A DNA stretch of 64,000 bases from the NCBI RefSeq assembly GCF_963921235.1, contig NC_086108.1:32240001-32304000 (forward strand), written 5' to 3'. The notes below the pieces were generated by a model. It did not search any database, was not told the DNA's origin, and saw nothing but the letters and a program-made list of their open reading frames with translations. A program made the position numbers and the translations under genes. Positions 39,125 through 51,514 of this stretch are shown here, piece by piece. Position 1 is the first letter of the stretch. Every line of letters begins with the position of its first letter. The stretch is from Mobula hypostoma (taxonomy: Eukaryota).

Positions 39125-40890
39125 GCTGGGAATATCAATAACTGTGGCGCTTCTCTTCCTGACGAACTTAACGTATTCTACGCAAGATTCGAACAGAAGA
39201 GGAGCATCCCACTCCCTCCAGATGAACCGGACCTGGTGGCATCAAGATTCATCGTCACCGAGGAGGATGTTAGAAGAGCCTTCCTGAAGATAAATCCAAG
39301 GAAGGTGACGGGCCCAGATGGCCCAGACAGTCCTAGGATGGGTTCTCAGGGCCTGTGCAAGCGAGCTAGCTGGAGTGTTTGCTGACATCTTCAACTGCTC
39401 CTTGCTTCAGTCTAAGATCCCCTCGTGTTTTAAGAAGGCAACGATAATCCCAGTGCCGAAGAAGAGCAAGGTGGCATGCTTGAATGACTATCGACCTGTG
39501 GCTCTGACATCAATTGCTATGAAGTGCTTCGAGAGATTGGTTATGGAACATATCAACCACAGCCTACCGGTCAACCTCGACACTTTGCAATTCGCCTACC
39601 GGAGCAACAGGTCAACGGCAGATGCCATCTCTCTGGCCCTACATTCCTCCTTAGAACACCTGGAGAATACAGACGCATACGTAAGGCTCCTTTTCATTGA
39701 CTACAGCTCTGCCTTTAATACCATCATTCCAAATAAACTGATTCAAAAGCTCCGGAACCTGGGCCTTAGCACTCAAATCTGCAGCTGGATCTTCAGCTTC
39801 CTCACAGACAGGACCCAGGCTGTAAAAATTGGGGACAAGCTCTCCTCTACAATCACTCTAAGCACCGGTGCCCCACAAGGCTGTTTACTCAGCCCCCTGC
39901 TGCACTCACCGTACACCCGTGATTGTGTAGCCAAGTTTCCATCAGACTCAATATATAAGTTTGCTGATGACACAACAATTGTAGGCCGTATCTCTGGTAA
40001 TGATGAGTTTGAGTACAGTGAGGAAATTAAGAACCTGGTGACATGGTGCGAAGACAATAACCTATCCCTCAACATCAGCAAGACGAAGGAATTGGTTGTT
40101 GACTTCAGAAGGAGTAGCGGACCGCACGACCCCATTTACATCGGTGGTGCGCAAGTGGAACAGGTCAAAAGCTTTAAGTTCCTCGGGGTCAATATCACAA
40201 ATGACCTGACTTGGTCCAACCAAGCACAGTTCACTGCCAAGAAGGCCCAACAGCGCCTTTACTTCCTGAGAAAACTAAAGAAATTTGGCCTGTCCCCTAA
40301 AACCCTCACTAATTTTTATAGATGCACTGTAGAAAGCATTCTTCTGGGGTGCATCACAACCTGGTATGGAAATTGTCCTGTCCAAGACCAAAAGAAGCTG
40401 CAGAAGATCGTGAACACGACGCAGCACATCACACAAACCAATCTTCCGTCCTTGGACTCACTTTACACCGCACACTGTCGAAGCACTGCTGCCAGGATAA
40501 TCAAGGACACGACCCACCCAGCCAACACACTTTTTGTCCCTCTTCCCTCCGGGAGAAGGCTCAGGAGCTTGAAGACTCGTAAGGCCAGATTTGGCAACAG
40601 CTTCTTTCCAACTGTGATAAAACTGCTGAACGGATCCTGACCTGGATCTGGGCCGTACCCTCCAAATATCCGGACCTACCTCTCATTTTTTTTGCACTAC
40701 CTCACTTTCCATTTTTCTATTTTCTATTTATGATTTATAATTTAAATTTTTAATATTTACTAATCTTTTACTATTTTTAATATTTAATATTTGTAATCCA
40801 GGGAGTGGGAAGCACAGAATCAAATATCGCTGTGATAATTGTACGTTCTAGTATCAATTGTTTGGCAACAATAAACTATAAGTATAAAGC
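39125..40890 (+). mobile_element. Young 5'-truncated Rex1/Babar non-LTR retrotransposon with an open 440-aa RT/C-terminal ORF (39318-40640)
   Basis: [64 protein letters not shown] and CITTWYG motifs; 3' UTR with aataaa and a (tataag)n tail. Confidence 0.95.
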
Positions 40891-43020
40891 AAACATTTCA
40901 GGAAAAAATTAGTTTTCGTTCAGATTCATTTTGAGAACCTGGGCACCAGGGACATTCATTGCCCTCCCCTGAAGATGATGATGAGCAACCTTCAGGAACT
41001 ACTGCAGGCCTTGAGATACAACACAGAAGCAGGTGTTTTAGGCCACCGGGTCTACACAACCATCAATTACACATTTAAACTAATCCACCTTTAATCCCCA
41101 ATTTTTCCCCCACATTCTTACCAACTTTCCCCAGACTCTACAATTCACCAAGACAATGGTGGCAATTTATTGTGATCAACAAAAAAGCTTCCCTGTCTTT
41201 GAAACCGTATCTTCCCCAAAGAAACCCCTATAGTAACAAAGAGAATAAATGAACTCCACAGAAGAGCCAGGGATAACAGTGAGAGTACACTCACGATGCT
41301 GCTGTGTCAGGATTTCCAGGTCTGGAGGCAGCAGTGAGAAAGGACCAGTGATACATTTACAACACAGGATAGCGTCTGATCTGGAAAGGGACTCACAGAC
41401 ACTGGCACTTTCCTGCAGCTGCTGCTGTTGTCCTTTTTGGTGGTAGAGGCTGGTTCTGCAGGGTGCTCCTAGAGGAGCTTGAATGAGCAACCTCAATGCA
41501 TTTTGCCAATGGTGCACACCCCACCCACTGATTGTAGAGAGAAATATGTGGTCCGACCACTGAGAAGTAATATAATATAAAGAGAAGGGGATCGCAGCTT
41601 TCTCAACAATAACTAGACATAAAACTCTTGTGTTGTTGATAGTGATGAATAATACTGATCAATTGATAAGAGAGCTGAGCACTAACAGATGGAATTTAAT
41701 TTGAAAAGCAATTGGGAAGCATTAACAAGGGTAGACCAATGGACAGACCTTAATGAACAAGTTTAAGGAGCCCTGAAGGTTGCACCACAAGTGCTTAAGA
41801 CTGTGAAGATATTATGTGCAATACTTGCATGTAATAGATATGGCAAAGAGTACAAGAGCAGAGAAGCTCTGGTCTACTTTTATAAAATAGTGATTAAACC
41901 TCAGCTAGAGTTAAAAGCAATACATACAAAATGCTGGAAGAACTCAGCAGGTCAGGTAGCATTAGTGGAAAGGAATAAAGAGTTGAGGTTTTGGGCTAGA
42001 CGCAAGGTTATAGGGACGATGTGATTGCACTGGAAAGAGATTCACCGGGATGTTGCCTAGGCTGCAATATTTCAGCTATGGGGCAATGACAAAGCCATTG
42101 AACATCCAGGCTCACCCCTACTGGAGTCATTTATTGCCTGGCACCTTAGTGCTTTGAACGTTAGTTGCTACCATCAGCTCATGCCTGAATAGGGCTAACA
42201 GCATGCACGAAAATGGAGTTGAACATTGCATCATCCACAGTGAACCATCCCCATTTGCGAGAGGCGATGAAGCAGTTAGAAGGCCGAGGAATTCCTCCAG
42301 TGATGTCCTGGGATGATTGCCCTCTGGTAATTACCAGCATCTTTCTTGTGCAATGATACAACTAACTGCTGGTGCCTTTCCTCCAAGTTGACCATCAACT
42401 TCAATTTTACCCAGTTTTCTTGTTGCTGTACTGAATTAAATACCAACTTGACATCAAGGGCAATCAGTCTAAACCCACATCTGTGACTGATGTGGGTGAA
42501 ATCCAAACTGGCATTGGCATATAGGTTATTGGGGAATAAGTGCAGGGATGTATGACAACTTCAGTGTGACTGAGAGTAAACTGACTGTCTGGTATTAATC
42601 AGATAGAATCTGCTCCGATTAAGGTGCATCAGGACTATTTTCCACATTATCAGGCAGATACAGAGCCTTCCCATACGTTGTAGTGCTCTTCTCTGTTACT
42701 GAAACAGCTGGCACACATCTATGCTCAAGAGTTCTCTGATAATTATAGCAGTTGTCAAAAACAAAGTCAATCTGCCATAACTTGCTTCAATGATTGGAGG
42801 GGGCAGGTACATAATCTCCCTGGAAACCCAATGTGCAGCAGTAGCTCGCATGACCAGTCACAAAGCCAGGTGGATACGTCAAATAGTCACCTCATCATAA
42901 GAAAATGTAGAAATCTTCCCTTTCAAGCGGTGAGATGCTGCAGGTATAGAAATCTTATTGAAGCTGATTTGGTACATAGGCACAACCTCAACCTCCCGCA
43001 AGGAATTTAATTCATATGTA

Positions 43021-43431
43021 CAGTACTGTGCAAAAGTCTCAGGCAGATGCAAAAAACATTCTGTAAAGTGAAGATTCTTTCAAAACTAATGAAATGTAAA
43101 GTTTCTAAATATCAGAAAACTGAGTATAAATTTAAGAACAGTACACCGTGAAAAACTAACTCGAATCAATACTTTTGTGACCACTCTTTGCCTTTAAAAC
43201 TGCATCAATTCTTTTGGGTACATTTGTGCAGTTTTATAAGAAAATTGGCTGGCAGGTTCCTCCAAGCATCTTGGAGAATTTGTCACAGTTCTTCTGCAGA
43301 CTTTGGCTGTCTCACTTGCTTCTGTCCCTCCAAGTGATCTCAGGCAGCCTCGATGATTTTGAGATCAGGGCTCAGTGGAGGCCACACCATCTGGAATCAT
43401 ATAGGGTGCCTGAGACTTCCACACAGTATTG
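43021..43431. mobile_element. Non-autonomous Tc1-like DNA transposon
   Basis: TIRs CAGTACTGTGCAAAAGTCTCAGGCA / TGCCTGAGACTTCCACACAGTATTG, with TA on both sides. Confidence 0.85.
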
Positions 43432-44217
43432 TACAATGCAGCAACCTCATGGAACTCACTAGAAAGGCAAGGAAAAAAACTTACTTTTAGTCTAAGCTAA
43501 CGACATGTGGACACAGGTCAGCACATGACAAAAACCAGCCTCTCCCCCATGGTCTGCCTACACTTCTTGCTGCCTTGGCAAAGCAGCCAGTTTAACAAAG
43601 ACCCCAAACAAAATGCTGGAGGACGCACTCTGTGCAAGAGGAAGCACTCCTCCAGTGTTTTGTTGTGTTGCTCTGGACTTTCAGCTTCTGTAGAATCCCT
43701 CGTGTTTAATCAAAGACCCCTCCCCCCCCCCAGGCATTCTCTCTTCTACCCTCTCTCATCAGGCAGAAGATACAAATGCCTGAGAGTTTGTGGCACCTGG
43801 CTCAAAGACATCTTTTCACCCACTGTTATAAGACTACTGAATGGACCTCTTGTACGATAAGGTGGACAACGGTGCTCAAAATCGGCCTCATCATGCCTTG
43901 CATCTTGTTGTCTGCCCTGCACTGCACTTTCTCTGTGAGTGTAACACAGAATTCCACATTCTGTTATTGTTTGTCCTTTGTGCTCCCTCAGTGTACTGAT
44001 ACGCTGAAATGATCTGTACAGATGGCATGCAAAGCAAAGTTCTTCACTGTACCTTGGTACATGGTGCATTAATAAACCAATTACAACACAGATCACCCAA
44101 GAACTGATGAAGATTTACAATCCATGGCATCTCCATTTCTCATCACAAGCTGCCTTACGGCACAAACTCCCTCAGAGAACCCTTCAGCCCTGCCCCACAC
44201 CTCAGGATTGCACTCAC

Positions 44218-44968
44218 CTATGAAAATTGCAAAGTTGTTTGCGTGAGTAGGTTTCACGGAGGGCTGATCAACAACGTGGAAGGTGTAGCGAGGTTTCCCA
44301 GATTCCCTGTTGCAGAGGGTGAGGGAGACACTCTCCCCGCTGCTGGAGCCCTTGGTCAGGTGGTTTCGGAGCAGTGCGTACTGCTGCCATGCCTTCACCA
44401 ACTCCAACAGCTGCTCCGTGCTCTCCAGGCGAAGGGGCTTCTCCCGCTCCTCGGCGCACATCTCCACGATCTTCTGCCCGGCTCCAGGGAGCTTCCTGAA
44501 CTTGGTGAACACGAAGATGAACACTGGCATCACGAACTGCCGACTGGCCTCGCTCTGCTCCTCGAAGGCATGGACTCGCACGGGCCAGCCCTCTTGGGAA
44601 AAGTGGCTCACCACTTTCTTCGCGATGTGCTCCTGCGCCAGCGAGATGCACAGGAACCGCCCGCCCACCTGCAGGACCCGCCCGATCTCCGCAAACATCC
44701 TCTCCACATTGCGCAGCGTTTCGTCGCTCTCGTCTGTCATGACAGCGTCAAGGGTCCCCTTGTCCAGCACGACCTGAAACTGGGAGTCGCTGAAATCCAT
44801 CTGCATCATGTCCATCTTCATAAAGGCCATTGCTGGCCGGCGAGCTGCATTCCGTTCCTTCATGTGACCGATCACAACCTCACTGATGTCGATGTTGGTG
44901 ATGTTCTGGTAACCAACATCATACATCTGCTCGCTCAACTCAGAATTACCACAGCCAACAACGAGGAC
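44218..44968 (-). CDS. METTL13: METTL13 coding exon 2
   Basis: VLVVGCGNSELSEQMYDVGY.NITNIDIS...VVLDKGTLDA...ISLAQEHI...NNFAIFI; ctccag| acceptor and |gtgagt donor; 751 nt. Confidence 0.97.
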
Positions 44969-47175
44969 CTGGAGAACAGATCGGAGGGAAGAGAAACGAG
45001 AATGAGTACAGGGAGTAGGCCACATCGTTCAGGACGATCAGAGCCCATCAACCCCAAGCCTCAACTCTATCTCTGCGCCAGATCCCCATGGCCCTCAATC
45101 TTTCAATAATTACTCCACTTCCATCTCAATTACTTTTAATGAGGTAGTCTCCAAAACTCTCGCGGGGAGACATTACTTAGATGCAATGAATCTGAGTAAA
45201 CGAGACAAGAGCTTTTCCAGTGACAGGTACAGATGGAAGGAAGAACAACTGAGGGGGCTACGGATGGACTGGAGATGGAGAGAGGTATAAGGAGATGAGC
45301 AGAGATAATCCTTACCATGATCAACATCATGAAAATATCAAAGCCAAGAAGAGGTCACAAGGTCAAGGTGCAGATGTGTCCATGATGGGGAATCTTACGG
45401 GGCAGGGAGGGAAAAGGAGATAGTAAGCTTGAACAGGACATAACTAAATGAGACGGCGGGTTAAAATCAAAATTACCAAGGGAGATTAGCACAACACAAA
45501 AATAAGTCTCCCTTCGATGAACTGTCTACACTTCACTGCCTTGAAAAAGTAGCCAACGTATCAAAGGCCCCTCCCAATCTGCACCTTCTCTCTTCTCTTC
45601 TCTCCTACTTGGCAAAAATACAAAAGCCTGATAACATAGCACCAAACTCAACAGCTTCCATCCCACTGTTTTAACACTATAAAAAGTACAAACTCCTTAC
45701 AAGCAACGGGGGGAATTGAACCTGTCCACTGATGCCGTAAAGCGTTGTGCTAATCACTACGTTACTGTACCCACCCATTTGTTGGTTCAGAGGAGTTTCT
45801 CTTCATCCTCTCCGATCCCAGTCTCCACAAACCAGCACATCTCATCTACTTTCAAATCTACCCCCTTAACAACAAATAGTCAAAAAAGAGCTCATGCCAG
45901 GCCCTTATATTGAGAGAGCATAGCATTCTACACGCACTGTTTTAATGGAGGAAAGGACAGAAAGAGAGCTGGAGGGTTCATTTACCCCAGTAGAGAAAGT
46001 TATCATATTGAGAGTGCAGATTGTATAAATGGAAAATGAGGAACCACGGGCTGAAAATAGACTATTATTACAAAGCCACAAATCCCATGATCAAGTTGTT
46101 TTTTAATTTGTTCTCAGGATGTGCATGTCACTGGCAAGATTGCATCCTTCAACCTCAGGCTAAGTGACAGTGAGGCATCTTCCAGCAGCTGTCCTTACAA
46201 ATCAAGAGCTCACTGGATCCCTTCAAGGAGCTTGGACAGGTGGCCACAGTGTAAGCTGCGTCTCGTAGTTATGGCAGGCTTCCCAGGGTAAAAAGATTTG
46301 GAACTATATTGAGCCTTTTGGGACCTTGCAGCATCCTAAGGCATTTTATAACAAATGATGCACTTTTTAAGTGTAGTCACAGTGGTAATGAAGGCATCTC
46401 AGTAACTAAACCTGTACACTGTGCAGTCTCACCCACAGCAGAGATAACTGACCCCATCACCAGCTTCAGATGTCGACTACTAATACTGCACAGGTAGGTC
46501 CATATGTTCAAGTTACAGAATCCACAAATCATTACCCAAGATTTGAGACACAGAATAAAATTCCTTCAGGATTTATCTAAAAAAGTGGAAGTTTATAAAA
46601 TTATGAGGGGCAAAGGTAGAGTAGACAGTCAGAATTTTTCGTCAGTGTAGATATGTCAAGTACTAGAGGGCATGCATTTCAGATGAGAGGGGAAAGTTTA
46701 AAGATGGCGGAGCAGGTGTTTTTGATCTCTTTCATACACACAGTGAGTGTCGTGTACCTGGAATGGGCTGCCAGCGGGAATGATGAAGCAGGTATGTTAG
46801 TGTTCAATACGCTGTTAGATAAACACAAGAATATGCAGAGAATGGAAGAACATGGATCACGCACAGTCAGAAGAGATTTAATTTAATTCAGCATAATGTT
46901 CAGCACAGCCTGGCTCTGTGCTGTACTGTTCTATATTGTCTGCTTGAGGGGTACCACTGGCACAGCCAAGTACTTCTTGTCCATTCCCTAACTGCCCGTG
47001 AACTGAATAGCTTGCCAGGTCGTTTCAGGGAGCATTGACATTGAAGGACCTGAAGTTAAATAAAGGCAAGACTGGGTAAGAATGGTAAGATTTTCCTCCC
47101 TGAATCAGATGGGTTTTTACTGGCAATCCAATAGTTTTGTGATCTTCACTACTAGTGACTTTCTTTTTAAATTTA

Positions 47176-47718
47176 TTTATTTTTTTTATTTTATTTTTAT
47201 TTGGATAAGGAATTCACAAATATCATGTACTTTTTTCACACATATAACCTTTCCCATTTTTTTACATGTATAAAACTACAATTATTTATACATTCTTAAG
47301 TACACATTGAGATGATATAAAAGGAAAATAAACACTTAAATAGATAATTATGTACTGTGGTAAATCTAACCTATCAGGCTAAGTAATGGAATTAGCTGTT
47401 AAGAAAAATGGTAATAATAGTTTCCATATAACCCTTCTGGACTATTTCCACTGGTCCAAAATGTTGTATATAAGCCTATGTAACAACCATTGTAGGTGTT
47501 TATATCCTAATTTGTTCATGCTTGCTCCTGCCCGCAGACATAATTATCCAATCCCTATGTACTTATTTAGTTAATTTTTTCATTTTTTATCCCTTTCCCA
47601 AATCTTTCCCTTTACTTGTGTTAATTCTCTATTTTCCAAAAGAAAACAAAAAAAAACAGACATTTAGACTAGGGGTGCTTATGTTAGCAATATTACTGTG
47701 TTGATGAGAATGAGAATA
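47176..47718 (-). mobile_element. Poly(A)-tailed 5'-truncated L1/Tx1-like 3' fragment
   Basis: T-rich tail at 47176-47202; 12-bp TSD TTTTTAAATTTA (47164-47175, 47719-47730). Confidence 0.6.
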
Positions 47719-47844
47719 TTTTTAAATTTAAATATCACATCTTCCAATGGTGGAACTTGAACTCAGTTGGCCTAACCCTCTGCATTACTAACCTCATAAT
47801 AACTGATGGACAAAAGGTGTCGGCCCTGGCCTCTTAGCCTAGAT

Positions 47845-47923
47845 CAGGGGTTCCCAACTCTTTTAATGCCTTGGATCCCTACCATTAACCAGAGGGTCTG
47901 TGAACCCCAGGTTGGGAACCCCG
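47845..47923. mobile_element. ~80-bp hAT MITE
   Basis: CAGGGGTTCCCAAC...GTTGGGAACCCC; further copies at 52441-52519 and 60725-60899. Confidence 0.8.
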
Positions 47924-48236
47924 GCCTTGAATGTGTCCTCGAGCTTTGCAGTGACCCCCAAACATTAATGCACCTCAAGCTACTCGATCAAAACAAAAAT
48001 TCATGTCGTTCATGTGTGATACCCAACTGTCCGGACATACTCTTTCAAGCCAAGAAGGGAGTCATACTGTCTGCAGGCAGACAATCGATCTCGATTGCAC
48101 AAAGCATCCACTAGAAAGTGTTAATAGATTCTTCCCTTGAATCGAAAATACAAACAGAAAAGGAAACGAACAGAATTTTTTAAAGCACTCAAACAATACT
48201 GAATTTCCATAGAGTACAATTAGATAATGACTGTAC

Positions 48237-48389
48237 CTTTTCTTTGGGCTTAATATACTTGTGCAGCACTGCGCAATGATCCACATAGGTCCCATACCAC
48301 TCAAACGCACTTCCACCCCGCTTCTTGAAGAACGTCTCCCAATATTCAGCAGAACTGAACTCTTTCGAAGACTTCGGCAGCAAATTCAT
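48237..48389 (-). CDS. METTL13: METTL13 (eEF1A lysine and N-terminal methyltransferase) coding exon 1
   Basis: MNLLPKSSKEFSSAEYWETFFKKRGGSAFEWYGTYVDHCAVLHKYIKPKEK|gtacag; 153 nt. Probable acceptor ctaatttctgaag| 8 nt upstream of the ATG. Confidence 0.97.
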
Positions 48390-49927
48390 TTTCAATCCTT
48401 CAGAAATTAGACACAACTTGTTAACACTTTCCAATTTATTTCATTTTTCTATATGTTTCTAATGCCCACTTTTCAGTCAACAACAGCGTGACAAATCAAA
48501 TGAAAAATCTCAAAATTACTCACCTACAATAATGAGGCCACACTGGTTTTTTTTGTAAAATGTGTAGGTATTCAAACATATGTCCTTTAGTACAGAAACT
48601 ACAGATTTGGTTTTTTAAGGGCCACTCTGAATTAGATACGCAAAGCTAATACTCGAAGTTTTACAGCACTATTTTCTTTGGGATGTTAATGAATTGGGGG
48701 AAACAGGCTTATCATCTTTACATGACAAAATAACTATTCTCTGGCCAACCTGAAAATTTGATACAACACAAAGCATTTTTTTTAAACAAACTGGGATAGT
48801 GAATCAAGGGGCATGAAAGTAAGTCTCCTTTGGCAGATCCAAAGTTACGTAAAGGGAAAAATCAGGATTAAAATGTGTAAGATAAATTATTAAAATAAAA
48901 ATGCTGACAATTCAACAAGCTGTCCAGTCTGAGTTCCTCACTGGTAAAGCCTCAATGGTTCTGGTTCACTCAGGCTGAGCCTGTGCTTTGCTTCATGGGA
49001 TTTTGTTCAGATCAACACCATCACATCCCAATGTCCTAAGCAGAAACAGCAACCATCTTAGCACAATAAAATCTTCAAAGTGAAGCACATACTTCACAGA
49101 CTTACAAGGACAGGAAATATGTTATTAAAATAAAGTCACTTCTTCTATGTGTTGCCTTAAAAAGCACAATACTCACATAACCTGCTGGGATAAAGATGCA
49201 AACTGGCATACAAACCCTGGCCAGTTTAGAGCTGGATGGAGGAATATTGTTGCTGACAGGACTCCGGAAAAATCTGTTCCATACTTTAGATAATCAAAAC
49301 TGATTCCAACAAAAAAACACCTCAGTGACATCACTTGCCCTATCATTGAAATAGACTCACTTCCAAGGACTCTTCATCTCATGTTCTCAATATCTATTGC
49401 TTATTTATTTAATATTATTATTTCTTTCTTTTTGTATTTGCACAATTTGTTGTCTTCTGCACGCTGGTTGAAAGCGGACTTTCATTGATCCTGTTACAGT
49501 ATAGTTATTATTCTGTAGATTTTTTGAGTATGCTCACAAGAAAATGACTATCAGGGTTGCATATGGTAACATATGTACTCTGACAATAAATTTACTTTGA
49601 ACTTTTTCAACATACTCCCCAACTGGCCCCAAACGGAAGCCAGATAATAAAAAGCAGCACTTCCAATGACAGCAGGAAAGCCTGTGCCATGGGGCTACAA
49701 CAGAACACGTCTCAGGCAAAGGTCAATGTCCAACAGCACTTCACCGTTACCCAGACACTTGTGCCTCACTGCACACTAAGGTCCTGCAGGAGTTGAGCTA
49801 ACAGGAACTATCTAACCTACATGACTGCACCCCAGAACCAATGACACCCCAACATCAGCAATTGCCGGCATTTACACACACACACACACACACAAAGACC
49901 GAGTTCCAAGCCATGGTCAGATTTTCA

Positions 49928-50410
49928 ACTGAAGCATGTGAGAAGATGTGCCTTCCACCCAACATCCACAAAGTCAAGGTCCACTGCCAACTTGCCCGTC
50001 AGATCAATCTATCCTCCGGACAACAGGGTAGCACCACCAGCCCAGAGATTCTGGTTAGACTCAGTAAGCCATGCTGGGAAAGCCAGATTGGTTATCCGCC
50101 CGACACCAGATTCCCAAAGCAGGCACTCTATTCTGAACTTTGATATTGAAGCAGATTTTCAGAAGGACAGAGAAAAAGATTCAAGGATAATCTAAACCAT
50201 AGAAAAACTCCCACTTCTCACTGGCCATGAGTACTTAAAGTGCACCATCTCATAAACACCCTGACTAGCCACACCATGCACCTCCAACCCCATGGTGTGG
50301 AATGTCTGTGGTTCCCACATTAGCCGAATTAGTCACTTCCGAACCCATAGACCTGCAGAAGAGACAAATTATTCTTTCCCACTGACTAACTCTACTGGGG
50401 AATAAATCAT
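49928..50410 (+). repeat. Left arm of an inverted duplication (decayed RTE-like LINE 3' end)
   Basis: PDTRFPKQALYSEL motif; near-identical to the reverse complement of 56839-57397. Confidence 0.9.
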
Positions 50411-51204
50411 CATCCAAAAGCATGTGTTCTATTTTACTTCTGCTTTGCCAATACCATGACATTGTTTCAATGGCGTTGATATTCTGTAGAATGTGTCACT
50501 ACAGGCAGCTGTGGAGGCTAAGTCTTTATGTACAAACGTATATTTTAGGGAGAGGTTGATAGATTCTTGATTAGTCTGGACATGAAAGGATATGGGGAGA
50601 AGGCAGGAGAATCGGTCGTGATGAAATGGCCTAAAACTGTTCCTGTATCATATGGTCTTATAGCAATTATAGTCATGGAAATTCTCTCGGATTTATAAAT
50701 ACACAAGAAATCTTTCATTATCTGGCCCTTCCTGATATACCCCTTTTCCCCCCAAATACTCTCATTCCTGTCTTTTCTCGTCCCCCACTGCTAACAAACA
50801 CACTTCTACCTTTCTGATGAACTGTTATGATGAGAGACTATTAACCAGAACCATTAACTGATTCTCTCTCTACAAATACTGTATTTCTCATTTTATGCTT
50901 TTTTTCCAAATCACTAAATGCAACAATGTCGATCTTCATCAAATCTATAGTTTATTGCTCATAGATAAACTATAGATATGCAAAAAAAATTAAGCTGCAT
51001 ATCCTAAAAAAAACAGGCACTGAAATCGTTAACTTTCTTTTTGCAGTAATTTACTAAACTGATAACCCAATCTTCGCCTCAATATTTATTATTTTTCCAT
51101 AAGAATTTTCTCCTACTAAACTTCTGCAGAAATTTTTGAAAGAGAAAGGTGTAACCACCAGAAAAACCTTTAATTTTAGATTGTAACTGCGTTTGGTCTA
51201 TTAC

Positions 51205-51290
51205 CTGCTTCGCTATCGCTACTCCAGTCCCTTCTCACTCACTCAGTCACACAACGTGCCGTGCAGAGACTATTCCAATCCAGGTCAAGG
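51205..51290 (-). other. METTL13: Probable non-coding first exon of METTL13 (5' boundary approximate)
   Basis: Minus-strand donor CAG|GTAATA at 51205 next to the CpG-containing promoter. The ATG exon is AT-rich with no promoter of its own. Confidence 0.55.
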
Positions 51291-51456
51291 TTCCAATGCA
51301 CCTGATTGGACCGCCGACCGGTCTCCGAATGCATCCATTGGTTGACATGTCGCAGGGAAGGGTGACGCCACTATCAACAACCAATCCGTGAGGGACTCCT
51401 GCTCTTACCCGGAAGCGTTTTCCGCTATTGGAATCCCTGGCAAGATCAAAGATGGC
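51270..51456. promoter_or_regulatory. Bidirectional METTL13/ITPA promoter
   Basis: CCAAT/ATTGG at 51275, 51293, 51305, 51337, 51381 and 51427; TGACGCCA at 51363; CCGGAAG at 51409; YY1-like AAGATGGC at 51449; local CpG retention. Confidence 0.75.
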
Positions 51457-51514
51457 TGGGAAACAAGTCGGAAACGTGGTATTTGTTACCGGTAATGCTA
51501 AGAAACTGGAAGAG
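51452..51514 (+). CDS. ITPA: ITPA (inosine triphosphate pyrophosphatase) coding exon 1
   Basis: MAGKQVGNVVFVTGNAKKLEE|gtaggt; the FVTGNxxKLEE motif is the Ham1/ITPase N-terminal signature. Confidence 0.93.

Noticed and set aside
44243-45109. 288-aa plus-strand ORF (and 44310-44777, 44268-44651)
   Set aside because: Antisense or alternate-frame shadows of GC-rich METTL13 exon 2, with no recognisable motifs.
49874-49893. (CA)n tract
   Set aside because: Ordinary short microsatellite.
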